Assembly: GCA_016839705.1 (NCBI GenBank)
Contig: JAEOTR010000019.1
Coordinates: 60,285-124,284, forward strand
Origin: Promethearchaeota archaeon
GTDB lineage: Archaea > Asgardarchaeota > Lokiarchaeia > Sigyniarchaeales > SOKP01
Length of the DNA: 64,000 bases
Reading direction: 5' to 3'
Numbering within the stretch: position 1 is the stretch's first letter; each line of letters starts with the position of its first letter. Shown one piece after another: positions 1 through 9,611 of the stretch. The notes below the pieces were generated by a model. That model saw only the letters and a program-made list of their open reading frames with translations. It did no database searches and had not been told where the DNA came from. The position numbers were made by a program, and so were the translations under genes.

Positions 1-1
1 A

Positions 2-190
2 TGGGGATTTGGTTGGATAGGTGGACTTCTTGGACTCTTATTTGCGATACTAGTAATTCTCTTAGGGATTAGACCAATTCACTATGCACCAGTTTTTATA
101 GGAATTTTAGGAATACTATTGTTAATATTTGCAATTTTGATAGGAGGAATAATAATATTAATTGCGACAATATTAGGTGCTATTAGTTAG
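2..190 (+). CDS. 3' end of a hydrophobic membrane protein (truncated by window edge)
   Basis: Open frame from base 2 to TAG at 188-190 reads WGFGWIGGLLGLLFAILVILLGIRPIHYAPVFIGILGILLLIFAILIGGIIILIATILGAIS; a T-tract follows. Confidence 0.7.
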   Translation, partial: WGFGWIGGLLGLLFAILVILLGIRPIHYAPVFIGILGILLLIFAILIGGIIILIATILGAIS

Positions 191-264
191 CCAATTTTTA
201 CTTTTTTCTTTTTTTTTAATAAATCTCAATTTTGCTAATAGAAAGATATAATCGAGGTTAAAAA

Positions 265-1089
265 ATGGATTTAAACATTAATTCCACACAAAAATTGAAT
301 AATGGAGTAGATATTCCGTGTTTAGGCTTAGGAACTTGGGATCTTAGAGGTAGAGAAGCATATAAAGCAGTTTTATGGTCATTAGATCTAGGATATCGGT
401 TAATTGATACTGCCACACTTTATGGAAATGAAAATGAAATTGGAGAAGCTTTGAAAGATACAAATATTCCTCGAGAAGAGATTTTTTTGACAACTAAAGT
501 TTGGAATACCGATCAAGGTTATAATAACACATTAAATGCTTTTGAAAAGAGCTTAAAACGATTAAAAGTAGATTATATCGATCTCTATCTTATTCATTGG
601 CCAGTTAGCGGTTTAAGAAATGATACATGGAAAGCGTTAGAAAAAATATATGAAGGTGGGAAGGCTCGTTCTGTGGGTGTGAGTAATTTTACTTCACAAC
701 ATTTAAAAGAATTACTTGAATCTTCAGAGACAACTCCGGCCGTTAATCAAATCGAGTTTTCCCCATTTTTATTTCAAAAAGAATTAATGGATTATTGTAA
801 AGCTAATAAAATTGTCGTAGAAGCTTATACCCCACTAACCCGAGGACGAAGATTTGGAAATATAATAGTAAAAGGTCTTGCTCAAAAGCATAAAAAGACT
901 CCCGCTCAAATCTTAATTCGATGGGGACTACAACATGAAATCATCGAAATACCAAAATCAGGAAATAAACAACATCTCCGAGAGAATGCTGAAGTTTTTG
1001 ATTTTACTTTAGACTTAGAAGAGATGTCGCAACTTGATGAATTGAATGAAAACTATAGATTAGTTGATGACCCTCACTTGATTGACTAA
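265..1089 (+). CDS. Aldo/keto reductase (2,5-diketo-D-gluconate reductase-like)
   Basis: GLGTW, IDTATLYGNE, YIDLYLIHWP, VGVSNF and IPKS motifs of the AKR family. Confidence 0.95.
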   Translation: MDLNINSTQKLNNGVDIPCLGLGTWDLRGREAYKAVLWSLDLGYRLIDTATLYGNENEIGEALKDTNIPREEIFLTTKVWNTDQGYNNTLNAFEKSLKRLKVDYIDLYLIHWPVSGLRNDTWKALEKIYEGGKARSVGVSNFTSQHLKELLESSETTPAVNQIEFSPFLFQKELMDYCKANKIVVEAYTPLTRGRRFGNIIVKGLAQKHKKTPAQILIRWGLQHEIIEIPKSGNKQHLRENAEVFDFTLDLEEMSQLDELNENYRLVDDPHLID

Positions 1090-1092
1090 AAA

Positions 1093-1950
1093 TTAAGACA
1101 AGGCTAATGCTAAAAGAAATGCACCATGAATTTCTGAAATTTCACCAACCCGAGAAGTATCAATAATTACATTTTTTAATCCCATATAAATAGCTCCGTA
1201 AGCCTTTCCCCCTCCTAAATGTACCAGTGTTCTATAAATTAAATTCCCTGAGATTCCATCAGGAGCAAGGATTAAGTTAGATTTATTCAACACAGCATCC
1301 TCAATTAGTATTTCATGATGCTTTATCGATAAATCAGGGTACTTAGTCTTCATTATTTCCACAATCTTCTCACTCTCTCTAATGGATTTATCGATTCTGT
1401 CGTCTCTTCCTATGTCACCCCGCCTACCGCCACTTAATATACTTATTTTTGGTTTAACGTTTAACAATTCAAATTGTTTTAGTGATTGTTCAATAAATTC
1501 GAGTTTATCCACCAAATTATTACATTCGTCAATACCTACAGGGCCATAAAAGAATTGGTGCCCATTTACTGTTTCTAATAATGCTAATCGATTTATTTTT
1601 TTAGTATTTAAGAATTTTCTAAGATTTGTTAGGAATTTGTTTGAACTTAAAGAACCTCTAATAATTGCATTTATTGCCTTCTTATCTAGATATTCAAAGA
1701 TCTCTTTTTCTGCTTTTTCACTTTCGACAAAATTAATATTTAACTTTTGATTCTCAGAGGAAAAATATTTTTCAATACTCAGTATAGCGTGTTTTTTACC
1801 AAAGATAAATATCTTTAATTCTTTTTCTCCTAAAAAATCAATACATGCTTTTAAGATCTTTGTATTATGTAATTCCGATGTACCCAATCCTATTCCTATT
1901 TCTACCCTTTTTCCTTTTGACAATAATTCAAACTTTTGGATCAAACTCAT
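1093..1950 (-). CDS. mtxX: MtxX / methanogenesis marker protein 4 homologue (phosphotransacetylase-like fold)
   Basis: AIIRGSLSS, GPVGIDE, LSGGRRGDIGRD, APDGISGNLIYRTL, GGGKAYGA and DTSR motifs match MtxX as recalled. Confidence 0.8.
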   Translation of the reverse strand: MSLIQKFELLSKGKRVEIGIGLGTSELHNTKILKACIDFLGEKELKIFIFGKKHAILSIEKYFSSENQKLNINFVESEKAEKEIFEYLDKKAINAIIRGSLSSNKFLTNLRKFLNTKKINRLALLETVNGHQFFYGPVGIDECNNLVDKLEFIEQSLKQFELLNVKPKISILSGGRRGDIGRDDRIDKSIRESEKIVEIMKTKYPDLSIKHHEILIEDAVLNKSNLILAPDGISGNLIYRTLVHLGGGKAYGAIYMGLKNVIIDTSRVGEISEIHGAFLLALALS

Positions 1951-3047
1951 TATACCATCCCATAAAGTAAGTAAGTCATCACTATTGCTAACACATCATA
2001 AACACCATGAGTTATCATAACAGCGATTAAATTTTCATTTCTCCAATTATATAGCCAACCTAACATCAATGAAATTGCAAAATAAGGTGTAAATGACAAA
2101 AAAAATGATATTATGAAGAGATAAGGTGATTCTAAAGCGAGAAGAAAAATACCTACTAGATGAATCAATGAAAATATAATGGCTGATGTGATTAACCCCC
2201 ATCGTTTCCCCAAGCTTCTGACTAATCCTTTTTGCATAAATCCTCTAAATAAGATTTCTTCAGAAGTACCAATTACTAAAATTACAACAACGGAAAACAC
2301 AATCAAACTAGGTATATCTGGGGGAAGTATTTCACCTGTTAAACCAGTAGTATCATGAATTACGTTAATCCCTAAAAAAAATTCTAAAATTAATTCAATT
2401 ACAACCGATGTAAAAGTAACTACAAATACTCCAATTAGAGCAAAACCTAATCCAATTAAAATTTCTTTATAGATTCTTTTTCTATCATAATTTTTCGTAG
2501 TAAATCCTAGTAGTATTAATCTATTTTTTAGGGACGGATTCTTGAGATACTTACGTACATAGAAAATGGGGATAATAAAAAAAACTAACTCAAAAAGTGA
2601 AATTATTGAAATGAGGTAAGAGTTTGACACAAAATCAAGAAGTAGAGTTAAATCGTTCGATAAGAACATTATTAGTGAAAGAAATCCTCCAACTAAACCA
2701 TTCATTATTAGCAGAGCTATCACAGGTAATCCAATTGATGCCGTGGTTCCCCAAAGTTTATGATCTTTATTATCAATTAAATTCTCATCAGAAAGTAATT
2801 CGGGTCCGTAATAGATAGGAGGAGTATCATACAGAGAATATTGTGTTGGCGATTTATATGGATTAGAAGTATATCGCGGTTTCAACTTCTTATAATCTTT
2901 AATATATTGAATATCTGTTCCACAAACAGTACAAAATTTAAGGTTTTGAATATTTTGTAGCTTATTCCCACATATAGGACAAAATTTCCAATCTGAAGTA
3001 GGGAAATCTTGATCTCTGTCTGTCTTAGGAACTTCTTTATTATTCAT
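1950..3047 (-). CDS. CPBP/Abi (CAAX protease-like) intramembrane glutamic endopeptidase with N-terminal zinc ribbon
   Basis: CPICG...CTVCG ribbon; EEILFRG, FSLIH and HGVYD motifs; multiple TM segments. Confidence 0.9.
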   Translation of the reverse strand: MNNKEVPKTDRDQDFPTSDWKFCPICGNKLQNIQNLKFCTVCGTDIQYIKDYKKLKPRYTSNPYKSPTQYSLYDTPPIYYGPELLSDENLIDNKDHKLWGTTASIGLPVIALLIMNGLVGGFLSLIMFLSNDLTLLLDFVSNSYLISIISLFELVFFIIPIFYVRKYLKNPSLKNRLILLGFTTKNYDRKRIYKEILIGLGFALIGVFVVTFTSVVIELILEFFLGINVIHDTTGLTGEILPPDIPSLIVFSVVVILVIGTSEEILFRGFMQKGLVRSLGKRWGLITSAIIFSLIHLVGIFLLALESPYLFIISFFLSFTPYFAISLMLGWLYNWRNENLIAVMITHGVYDVLAIVMTYLLYGMV

Positions 3048-3131
3048 TCTTAAGATAAAAGAAGTAATCTAATTAAAAAAAGTTTACATTTCAAATTAAA
3101 TTGAAGCACTTACAGTTGAATCCTAAATTGA

Positions 3132-5048
3132 TTATACAAAATTTCTGGTAAATTTTAAAATAGGGTTAGCATGAAGTTCATTTTGATGAAATTCTTTATA
3201 GAATATAGGATGATATATGGATTTTTTACTTTCTTTTACTTCTAATTTGAATTTTATTGAAGGCATCCAAAAAGTTTTATTAAAATGTTGGTATTCAATC
3301 ATTACCAATGAAAGAAACATGCCCTTCTGTTTTGGATTAATTCTTGTCTTAACCTTTTTTGTTTCATTTGCTTTCAACTTTTTAATACTTGTAAACCCTA
3401 ATTTATTCTGCAAAGCTTCTGGCATAAAGAAGTAAATCATAATATTCTTAATATCAACTGAATTAGGATTTTCAATTATAAGCGTTACTACTTCAGGATT
3501 ATTTAGTTTTAATGTTTGTTTTGGTATTTCGATATCGATAAAAAGAGGATAAGGTAGTATTTCCTCATTTAATGTAAAGCTTAAATCTATTAGTTTTTGA
3601 AGATTTGGTTTTATCTCTGATATAAATTTATTACGTTGTTCTCTTAGTGATAAATCATTTTTACTTCTCAAAACTTCGAAATCCTTTAGCATCCTAATTA
3701 TATACTTTGAGATATATTTATCGAATACAGAATGTTTACCAGATATGAGAGAAATTAGTTCTTTATAATATTCTGATTCTAAATTTCTAAGTAAAGGGAT
3801 TTTAAATAAATTCTCAGTAAAATTTTTTAAGACGTCATCCATTTCAATTAAATCATTATGGCTTATCTTGAACCTTTCAATAAGATTCCCATTATATATG
3901 TTTTTTTGCATTAAATTGTTTAATGTCTCCAATGCTTCGACTGTTTCAGAGTTATAAGAATCTAAAGCCTTTATAATCATTTTTCCTAGCATATCATCAA
4001 ATTTTTCAGCGTTTTTATTCTTATAATTTATAAATTCCGTCCTAATTGGCTCTAAATATTTAATAATACGCCCAGAATGCAATTTCAGTAGGGAATTTTG
4101 ATATTTTTGGTATTTATTGGTAACATTATTAATCCAATTTCTTACACGATTTAAATTATCAAGATTCTCTTCCGTGGTTAATAATGTTGTTTCGTTAAAA
4201 GGGCTAGTTAATAAAAATGGGTCGTCGATTCGAATGTTTTCTAATAGGATGTATGTTTTTCGTTCCAATTGATGAATAAGTTCAATCTGTAAAGATAAAT
4301 TATATATTTTAACATTTCTTACTGCGATCTTATCTAACTTTAAGAGCAAATCTTCGAGTTTTTCTGAAAAATGTATGGGATTTTTATCTAGTATGTTTCG
4401 TAATAAAGATGTAAATTCGACAAGAATAGAATAGAGTTCACCTTCACTCGAGAAAAATGAACCCTCACCTTTAAGTTCTGTAATGTTATAATAATCTACT
4501 ATATTTTGGAAATTAAATTCTGCATATTGGTAAAATTTAGAGCACATTTCTAAACGAGCCGAGATTTTGGCTAAATAACTATAATAAAAGGCTAATAATG
4601 ATTTATTAATGATATATGATTCATCTCTAAATTTGATGAATTGGTTTTTTGTCTTTTCTTCATTAAGATAAGGGAGTAAAAATCTTTCTAGAATGATTTC
4701 GAAATTTCCAGAAGCTCGTATTAGATAAAACAGTTTTACAAGGTCAACATCAATCGTATCAAGTTTTGTTATTAAAAAATGACTATATTCATAAAACTTT
4801 GAATTGATTTTATTAAAATAAGATCGAATTAGTAATTTTCTCCTCTCAATCTCTTTAGCTTTTATCTTTTTTTCATTTCTAATTGAAGAGATATTTAATA
4901 TATCTGATGCATAATATTTTAGAGTGTAATAAGATTCCATATAGAAATTTTTTGCACCACAATAAGGACACTTAACTATCGAACCTTTTACTCCGGGTAA
5001 ACAACTACCACATTTCTTACACGGGAGATGTGATATCATGTTAAACAT
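3132..5048 (-). CDS. Hypothetical protein: N-terminal zinc ribbon, helical core, C-terminal Ig-like beta-sandwich
   Basis: CKKCG...CPYCG; C-terminal VTLIIENPNSVDIKNI...IKKLKANETKKV pattern resembles CARDB-type Ig folds. Confidence 0.6.
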   Translation of the reverse strand: MFNMISHLPCKKCGSCLPGVKGSIVKCPYCGAKNFYMESYYTLKYYASDILNISSIRNEKKIKAKEIERRKLLIRSYFNKINSKFYEYSHFLITKLDTIDVDLVKLFYLIRASGNFEIILERFLLPYLNEEKTKNQFIKFRDESYIINKSLLAFYYSYLAKISARLEMCSKFYQYAEFNFQNIVDYYNITELKGEGSFFSSEGELYSILVEFTSLLRNILDKNPIHFSEKLEDLLLKLDKIAVRNVKIYNLSLQIELIHQLERKTYILLENIRIDDPFLLTSPFNETTLLTTEENLDNLNRVRNWINNVTNKYQKYQNSLLKLHSGRIIKYLEPIRTEFINYKNKNAEKFDDMLGKMIIKALDSYNSETVEALETLNNLMQKNIYNGNLIERFKISHNDLIEMDDVLKNFTENLFKIPLLRNLESEYYKELISLISGKHSVFDKYISKYIIRMLKDFEVLRSKNDLSLREQRNKFISEIKPNLQKLIDLSFTLNEEILPYPLFIDIEIPKQTLKLNNPEVVTLIIENPNSVDIKNIMIYFFMPEALQNKLGFTSIKKLKANETKKVKTRINPKQKGMFLSLVMIEYQHFNKTFWMPSIKFKLEVKESKKSIYHPIFYKEFHQNELHANPILKFTRNFV

Positions 5049-5184
5049 CCTTTTAAATTATTCTAGCTAAAATAAATTATTCTTGTACGGATATAAACTT
5101 ATTCTAGATTATTAAAAATTTTTCGGTTAAGCACGAAACATCATAATATTTTGATAAGTATTTGGGGAAAATTGTAAGGAAATT

Positions 5185-6945
5185 TTAGTGCGTAAAATAA
5201 CAAAAGAGACATTTCTCCTTTAATTCAATGGGATTAACAAACCCAAAACGCTCAAACTGTATTGTTTTATTAATAGGGATCTGTAAAAGATTGATTTCTC
5301 CAAGACCATTAGAAATAGTGCCATCAGGTTTCACAACTGAAACCTTTATATTTTCTTCTTTTGGTAACCAATGAATAATCGGAAATTCTCTATTTAATTC
5401 CTTACTATAAAAGGACGAATTAATTACTTTTTTTTTAAGATCTACAGATTCAATTCTTATATTAATTAAATCTTTTAGCCTTATGATTTGACTTTTTTTA
5501 ATTTTCTTAGCATCTGATAAATTGATTATTAGGTTCATTTTACTATCCTTAACTTTACAGTAAATTTTCCTTCTCCCTTTTTTTGGGTTAGTAGGGAGGA
5601 GTAAAGGTTCAGCAAGATACTCTCCAGACGGTACATCTTGAACAATTACCGTAATTGGTTTTTCAACAAAGAAATAGCGATCTGAAATCTCATCAATAAT
5701 ATCTTGATTTTTTGAATATAACCAATTCACTGAGAAAGTGATTCCTGATTGAGACATGCCAAGCTCTAATAATGTTTCTCTTAGAGCTGATGGTTTTATC
5801 CCTCTTTTTTGAAGAGATTGTAGACTATTAGTCCTAGGATCCTCCCATCCCTCATAAACTCCGTTTTCAATATAGTTACGAGACTCTGTTTTACTCAACT
5901 TCAATCCAGGAAATTTCAATCTGCCATGATATAGCAATGTCGCTTTTTTCCAGTCAAAATGATCCCACACAAATTCTTCTATGATACCCTCTTTAACTAA
6001 ATCTATACCCCTAATAATGTGAGAGACTCCAATTAGGTAATCATCAATAGCCCAGGAAAATTCAAGCATTGGCCAAATGATATATTTTTTTCCCACTCTA
6101 GGATGGTCTGCTTCAGAGATTCTCATAATAATTTGATCTCTCAGAGCAGGATCTTTTTGATCCATACCAGTTTTTAATCTTACTACTGCTTCACCTTCAT
6201 GATATTTCCCTTTAAGCATAGACTGCCATTCATTTATATTCTTCTCTATCGAGTACTTTCTATGTGGGCAATTTAATCCCAGTTTTTTATATTTTTCTCT
6301 AAATTCAGTAGCACTGCAAAAGCAAACATATGCCATATGATCCTCTATCAATTTTTCGCAATAACTATAGAAAATATCTAGCCGATCACTTTTATAAAAT
6401 ATTTTAGAATATTTTACTCCTAGCCATTGCAAGCCTTCTTTTATCAAATCATAGGCTTCTGGTAAAACATACTTAGCTCTTGGACTATCTCTTAAAGATT
6501 CAGGGCTTCCTATTGTATCATCATAAAATAATATAAGCTCTCCATTATATTTTTTCACATATTCATCGTTTAGAACAATTCCCCTTGCATTTCCAATGTG
6601 TAACGCACCACTTGGATAAGGAGCTAATCGCATTACTATTCTTTCATAATTCTCAATATCAGGTAAGGGTGGTAATTCTTTACTTTCTTCCTTAATTTCT
6701 TTTTTTTCTAAAGCTTTTGGATCTAGTTCCAATAGTCTCTTTTTTTGCTGTTCTAGGCTAAGGTTTTCAATTTCTTCTATTATTTGATTTAAAATAGGAA
6801 TGACATTTTTAGCTTGAGATTGTAGATCCTTCCTTTCAGCCATCAATTTCCCCATAACCGCTTTTCTATTTGGTTTTCCACCAAAATTTATAGCATTTTT
6901 CAAACCTCTTATCCAGATGGTTTCTTTAATCTCTTCCTCATCCAT
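5185..6945 (-). CDS. gltX: Glutamyl-tRNA synthetase, archaeal type
   Basis: MRLAPYPSGALHIGN (HIGH), KLSKT (KMSKS-like) and QFERFGF. Confidence 0.97.
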   Translation of the reverse strand: MDEEEIKETIWIRGLKNAINFGGKPNRKAVMGKLMAERKDLQSQAKNVIPILNQIIEEIENLSLEQQKKRLLELDPKALEKKEIKEESKELPPLPDIENYERIVMRLAPYPSGALHIGNARGIVLNDEYVKKYNGELILFYDDTIGSPESLRDSPRAKYVLPEAYDLIKEGLQWLGVKYSKIFYKSDRLDIFYSYCEKLIEDHMAYVCFCSATEFREKYKKLGLNCPHRKYSIEKNINEWQSMLKGKYHEGEAVVRLKTGMDQKDPALRDQIIMRISEADHPRVGKKYIIWPMLEFSWAIDDYLIGVSHIIRGIDLVKEGIIEEFVWDHFDWKKATLLYHGRLKFPGLKLSKTESRNYIENGVYEGWEDPRTNSLQSLQKRGIKPSALRETLLELGMSQSGITFSVNWLYSKNQDIIDEISDRYFFVEKPITVIVQDVPSGEYLAEPLLLPTNPKKGRRKIYCKVKDSKMNLIINLSDAKKIKKSQIIRLKDLINIRIESVDLKKKVINSSFYSKELNREFPIIHWLPKEENIKVSVVKPDGTISNGLGEINLLQIPINKTIQFERFGFVNPIELKEKCLFCYFTH

Positions 6946-7195
6946 GAGAATTCTTGTATTCAGTTATGTATTTGAATTTATTTCTTTTGTCTAACTCTTC
7001 TAATTTTTGTTTAATATCATGTAATTTATATTTGTAGTAATTCGAGTATGTTGGTATTTGTTAAATATTTATTTTTTCGTTGTTTTTATATATTTTTCAT
7101 TATCTTAGATTTAATTATTAATACTATTGTTAGAAACAATAAAAAAGTTCATCTTGTCATTTAAAAAAAGCCTTCAAATTAATACAAGGATTTCC

Positions 7196-7642
7196 TCAGA
7201 TAAGAGATACTCCGCTATTTAAAGCTAGAATCATAAAAAATGCAAGTAATATAATAATTAAAGCTATTATTACAGCAAAAACATCATTAAATGAATTGTC
7301 TTCAGTCTTATAGAACTTCTTTGGAATTCCTTTCATCAACCATGAAATATATGGTTTTGAAAGTTTTTCATCGTTTATTGCACTTTTCCCTGTTTTACTT
7401 TCAAAATCTTTCTGATTTGCTTTATTATCACGAGAAAGGTACATCTTCTTATAATCCCTTTTTCGGTAAAATACTCGAAGAGTTATAAGAGAGATTAAAA
7501 ATAATGGGATGGAAACATACCAAAAATGCATTAGAAATGTAATAAAAAAATACAATGGTTTAGCTATAAAAACTACAATTAATAAAGGGATAATAAAATA
7601 AAAAATTACAAGAGTTGCTATTCTCTGCTCAGAAAACCGCAT
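7196..7642 (-). CDS. Hypothetical membrane protein
   Basis: 148-aa ORF with three hydrophobic segments; no recognised motif. Confidence 0.55.
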   Translation of the reverse strand: MRFSEQRIATLVIFYFIIPLLIVVFIAKPLYFFITFLMHFWYVSIPLFLISLITLRVFYRKRDYKKMYLSRDNKANQKDFESKTGKSAINDEKLSKPYISWLMKGIPKKFYKTEDNSFNDVFAVIIALIIILLAFFMILALNSGVSLI

Positions 7643-7960
7643 TAAAACTTATAGTATTTGCATTTTCATTATTTAATACTAAAAAGAATCATCAATATTA
7701 TAAATCTTGCTTCTTAAAATCTGTTATTACCTAATATTTACTAACTTAATACTTTCATTTGATTTTATAAAACCTCTATAATCTTTTTATCTTCTATGAG
7801 AAATGATATTTTTAGTGACAAATTTCTTTTTTTTTCCATTGTTTTAATTTTTTGCAGTTTTAATTGCCCCGCAATTTATTACGAGGAACTATAAATAACG
7901 ATTAAATAAGTATTTTAGAGAATTATTAATTATTAAGAAATATATTTAGATTCTTATTAT

Positions 7961-8061
7961 GGCCTGGTAGTCCAGCCTGGATAGGGCGCTGGCTTGCGGA
8001 GCCAGATATGTGAAATAATGATTTACACTGGAGATCGAGGGTTCAAATCCCCCCCAGGCCA
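7961..8061 (+). tRNA. tRNA-Arg(GCG) with a ~26-nt intron in the variable region (predicted 8008-8033, position 45/46)
   Basis: Acceptor GGCCTGG/CCAGGCC, D stem GTCC/GGGC, anticodon arm CTGGC-TTGCGGA-GCCAG (GCG at 7996-7998), T arm GAGGG-TTCAAAT-CCCCC; 31 nt lie between the anticodon and T arms instead of 5; CCA not encoded. Confidence 0.92.
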
Positions 8062-8095
8062 TTCTGATTCGTTTTGTGTATATTTAATGGTTTAT

Positions 8096-8866
8096 TTAAT
8101 CCAAATGTTCTAAAATTTCAGAAATATTATCAATTCTTATTAATTCTGGCACATCAAACTCTCTTTCAAAAGGAAATTTATATCTTCTTTCACACAGGAT
8201 AGTCTGCATACCTGCTCTATCACCCCCTACAACATCTGCATACTCATCTCCGCATACTAGACATTCTGAATTTTCTGTTAATCCCATTTTTTTTAAAGTA
8301 TAAAAGAAAATTTCAGGATCAGGTTTTCTTTTACCAAATTCAGCAGAAGTAACAACTGCATTAAAATATTTAAAAAGTTGATATTTTTTTAGAGAATTTT
8401 CAACCATCGAGTGGCTCGGGTGATTAGATAAAACTGCTAATTTAAGTTTTTCGTATTTAGACAATTTTTCTAAGGTTTCTTTAGTATTAGGTAATGGTTT
8501 CCACTCTTCCATCTCGAACGAATGATATATTTCTTGGAGTTTAAAATATGCTTTATCATTTAGGTGATTAATACTATTGATAGCTTTCATTTCCCAGAGT
8601 GATTCTAGAACATGTTGATAAAGCTTAGATGTTGGAAATTCTTTTTTTGTTTTTCTACTCTCTCTCCAACATTGTTCCCGCTTCATAGCAAACTTCTTAA
8701 CAAAGTCGTCTTCTGATATTTGATCATTCCAAACATCCAGTTCTTTTAAATACTCAACAGATTTTAATAATCCTTTTTTAAAACTTTCGTAATATCGCTC
8801 TACAGAAGGATTATCAAATTGGAACAGAGTAAAACCAAAATCAAAAATAATTCCTTTTATCATCAT
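8096..8866 (-). CDS. HAD-superfamily hydrolase
   Basis: IFDFGFTL, LSN, KPDPEIF and GDEYADVVG motifs. Confidence 0.9.
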   Translation of the reverse strand: MMIKGIIFDFGFTLFQFDNPSVERYYESFKKGLLKSVEYLKELDVWNDQISEDDFVKKFAMKREQCWRESRKTKKEFPTSKLYQHVLESLWEMKAINSINHLNDKAYFKLQEIYHSFEMEEWKPLPNTKETLEKLSKYEKLKLAVLSNHPSHSMVENSLKKYQLFKYFNAVVTSAEFGKRKPDPEIFFYTLKKMGLTENSECLVCGDEYADVVGGDRAGMQTILCERRYKFPFEREFDVPELIRIDNISEILEHLD

Positions 8867-8993
8867 CGCATTAATAATAATAAAAATTGATTCTCAATTT
8901 TAATTTATCTAAATTGAAATTTATGTAAGTTCTTAATCGTTTGTGTTAAATACTTAATAAAAAACAAATTATTTATGTAAAATTTTATAATTA

Positions 8994-9530
8994 GTGAGGA
9001 TAGATATGTCAATTGACAAATGGCTCTCTAAAAAGGGATCAAAAGAAGAAGAACTAAAAAGAGAAAAGGCTTTTAAAAGCCTTACTGAAAGTGAAGTTAA
9101 AGATTTAAAGAAAAAAAAGATTAGAAACATGATTCAGAAAGAGGATCGAAAATCCAGTGATGAGTCGGATACAGAAAAACTTCTGCTCCATGTTGTAGAA
9201 TTTAAAGACTGGTTAAACCAAAGAACGTATTTAAAAGGAGATATTGAAAAAATTGAAACGTGGATAAACAATCTTAATTCAGAAGTTAAATATAATAAAC
9301 AAAAATTAAGTGACAATTACGATAAAAAGAAAATAGTTGAAGATTATAAGAAAATTCCACCTACATTTTTAGATGAAAAAACTCGAATTGCTTTAAACAA
9401 AAAAATTTATGGTACAAAGAGAACAAATTCAGATAATTATTATTTAAGAAAATTGAAAAACATTATTCAAGATAAATTATTTGAAGTAAAATATTACGAG
9501 ATCTTAGATAGAATATTGGAAATATTTTAA
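8994..9530 (+). CDS. Hypothetical protein (probable start ATG 9006)
   Basis: 178-aa charged helical ORF with genome-typical codon usage. Confidence 0.6.
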   Translation: MRIDMSIDKWLSKKGSKEEELKREKAFKSLTESEVKDLKKKKIRNMIQKEDRKSSDESDTEKLLLHVVEFKDWLNQRTYLKGDIEKIETWINNLNSEVKYNKQKLSDNYDKKKIVEDYKKIPPTFLDEKTRIALNKKIYGTKRTNSDNYYLRKLKNIIQDKLFEVKYYEILDRILEIF

Positions 9531-9611
9531 TTGTTAAAGAAAAATACAATATACTTTAAATCTTATCTATTTTTATAATGTTATAAAAAACATTACACCC
9601 GTTATAAGTAA

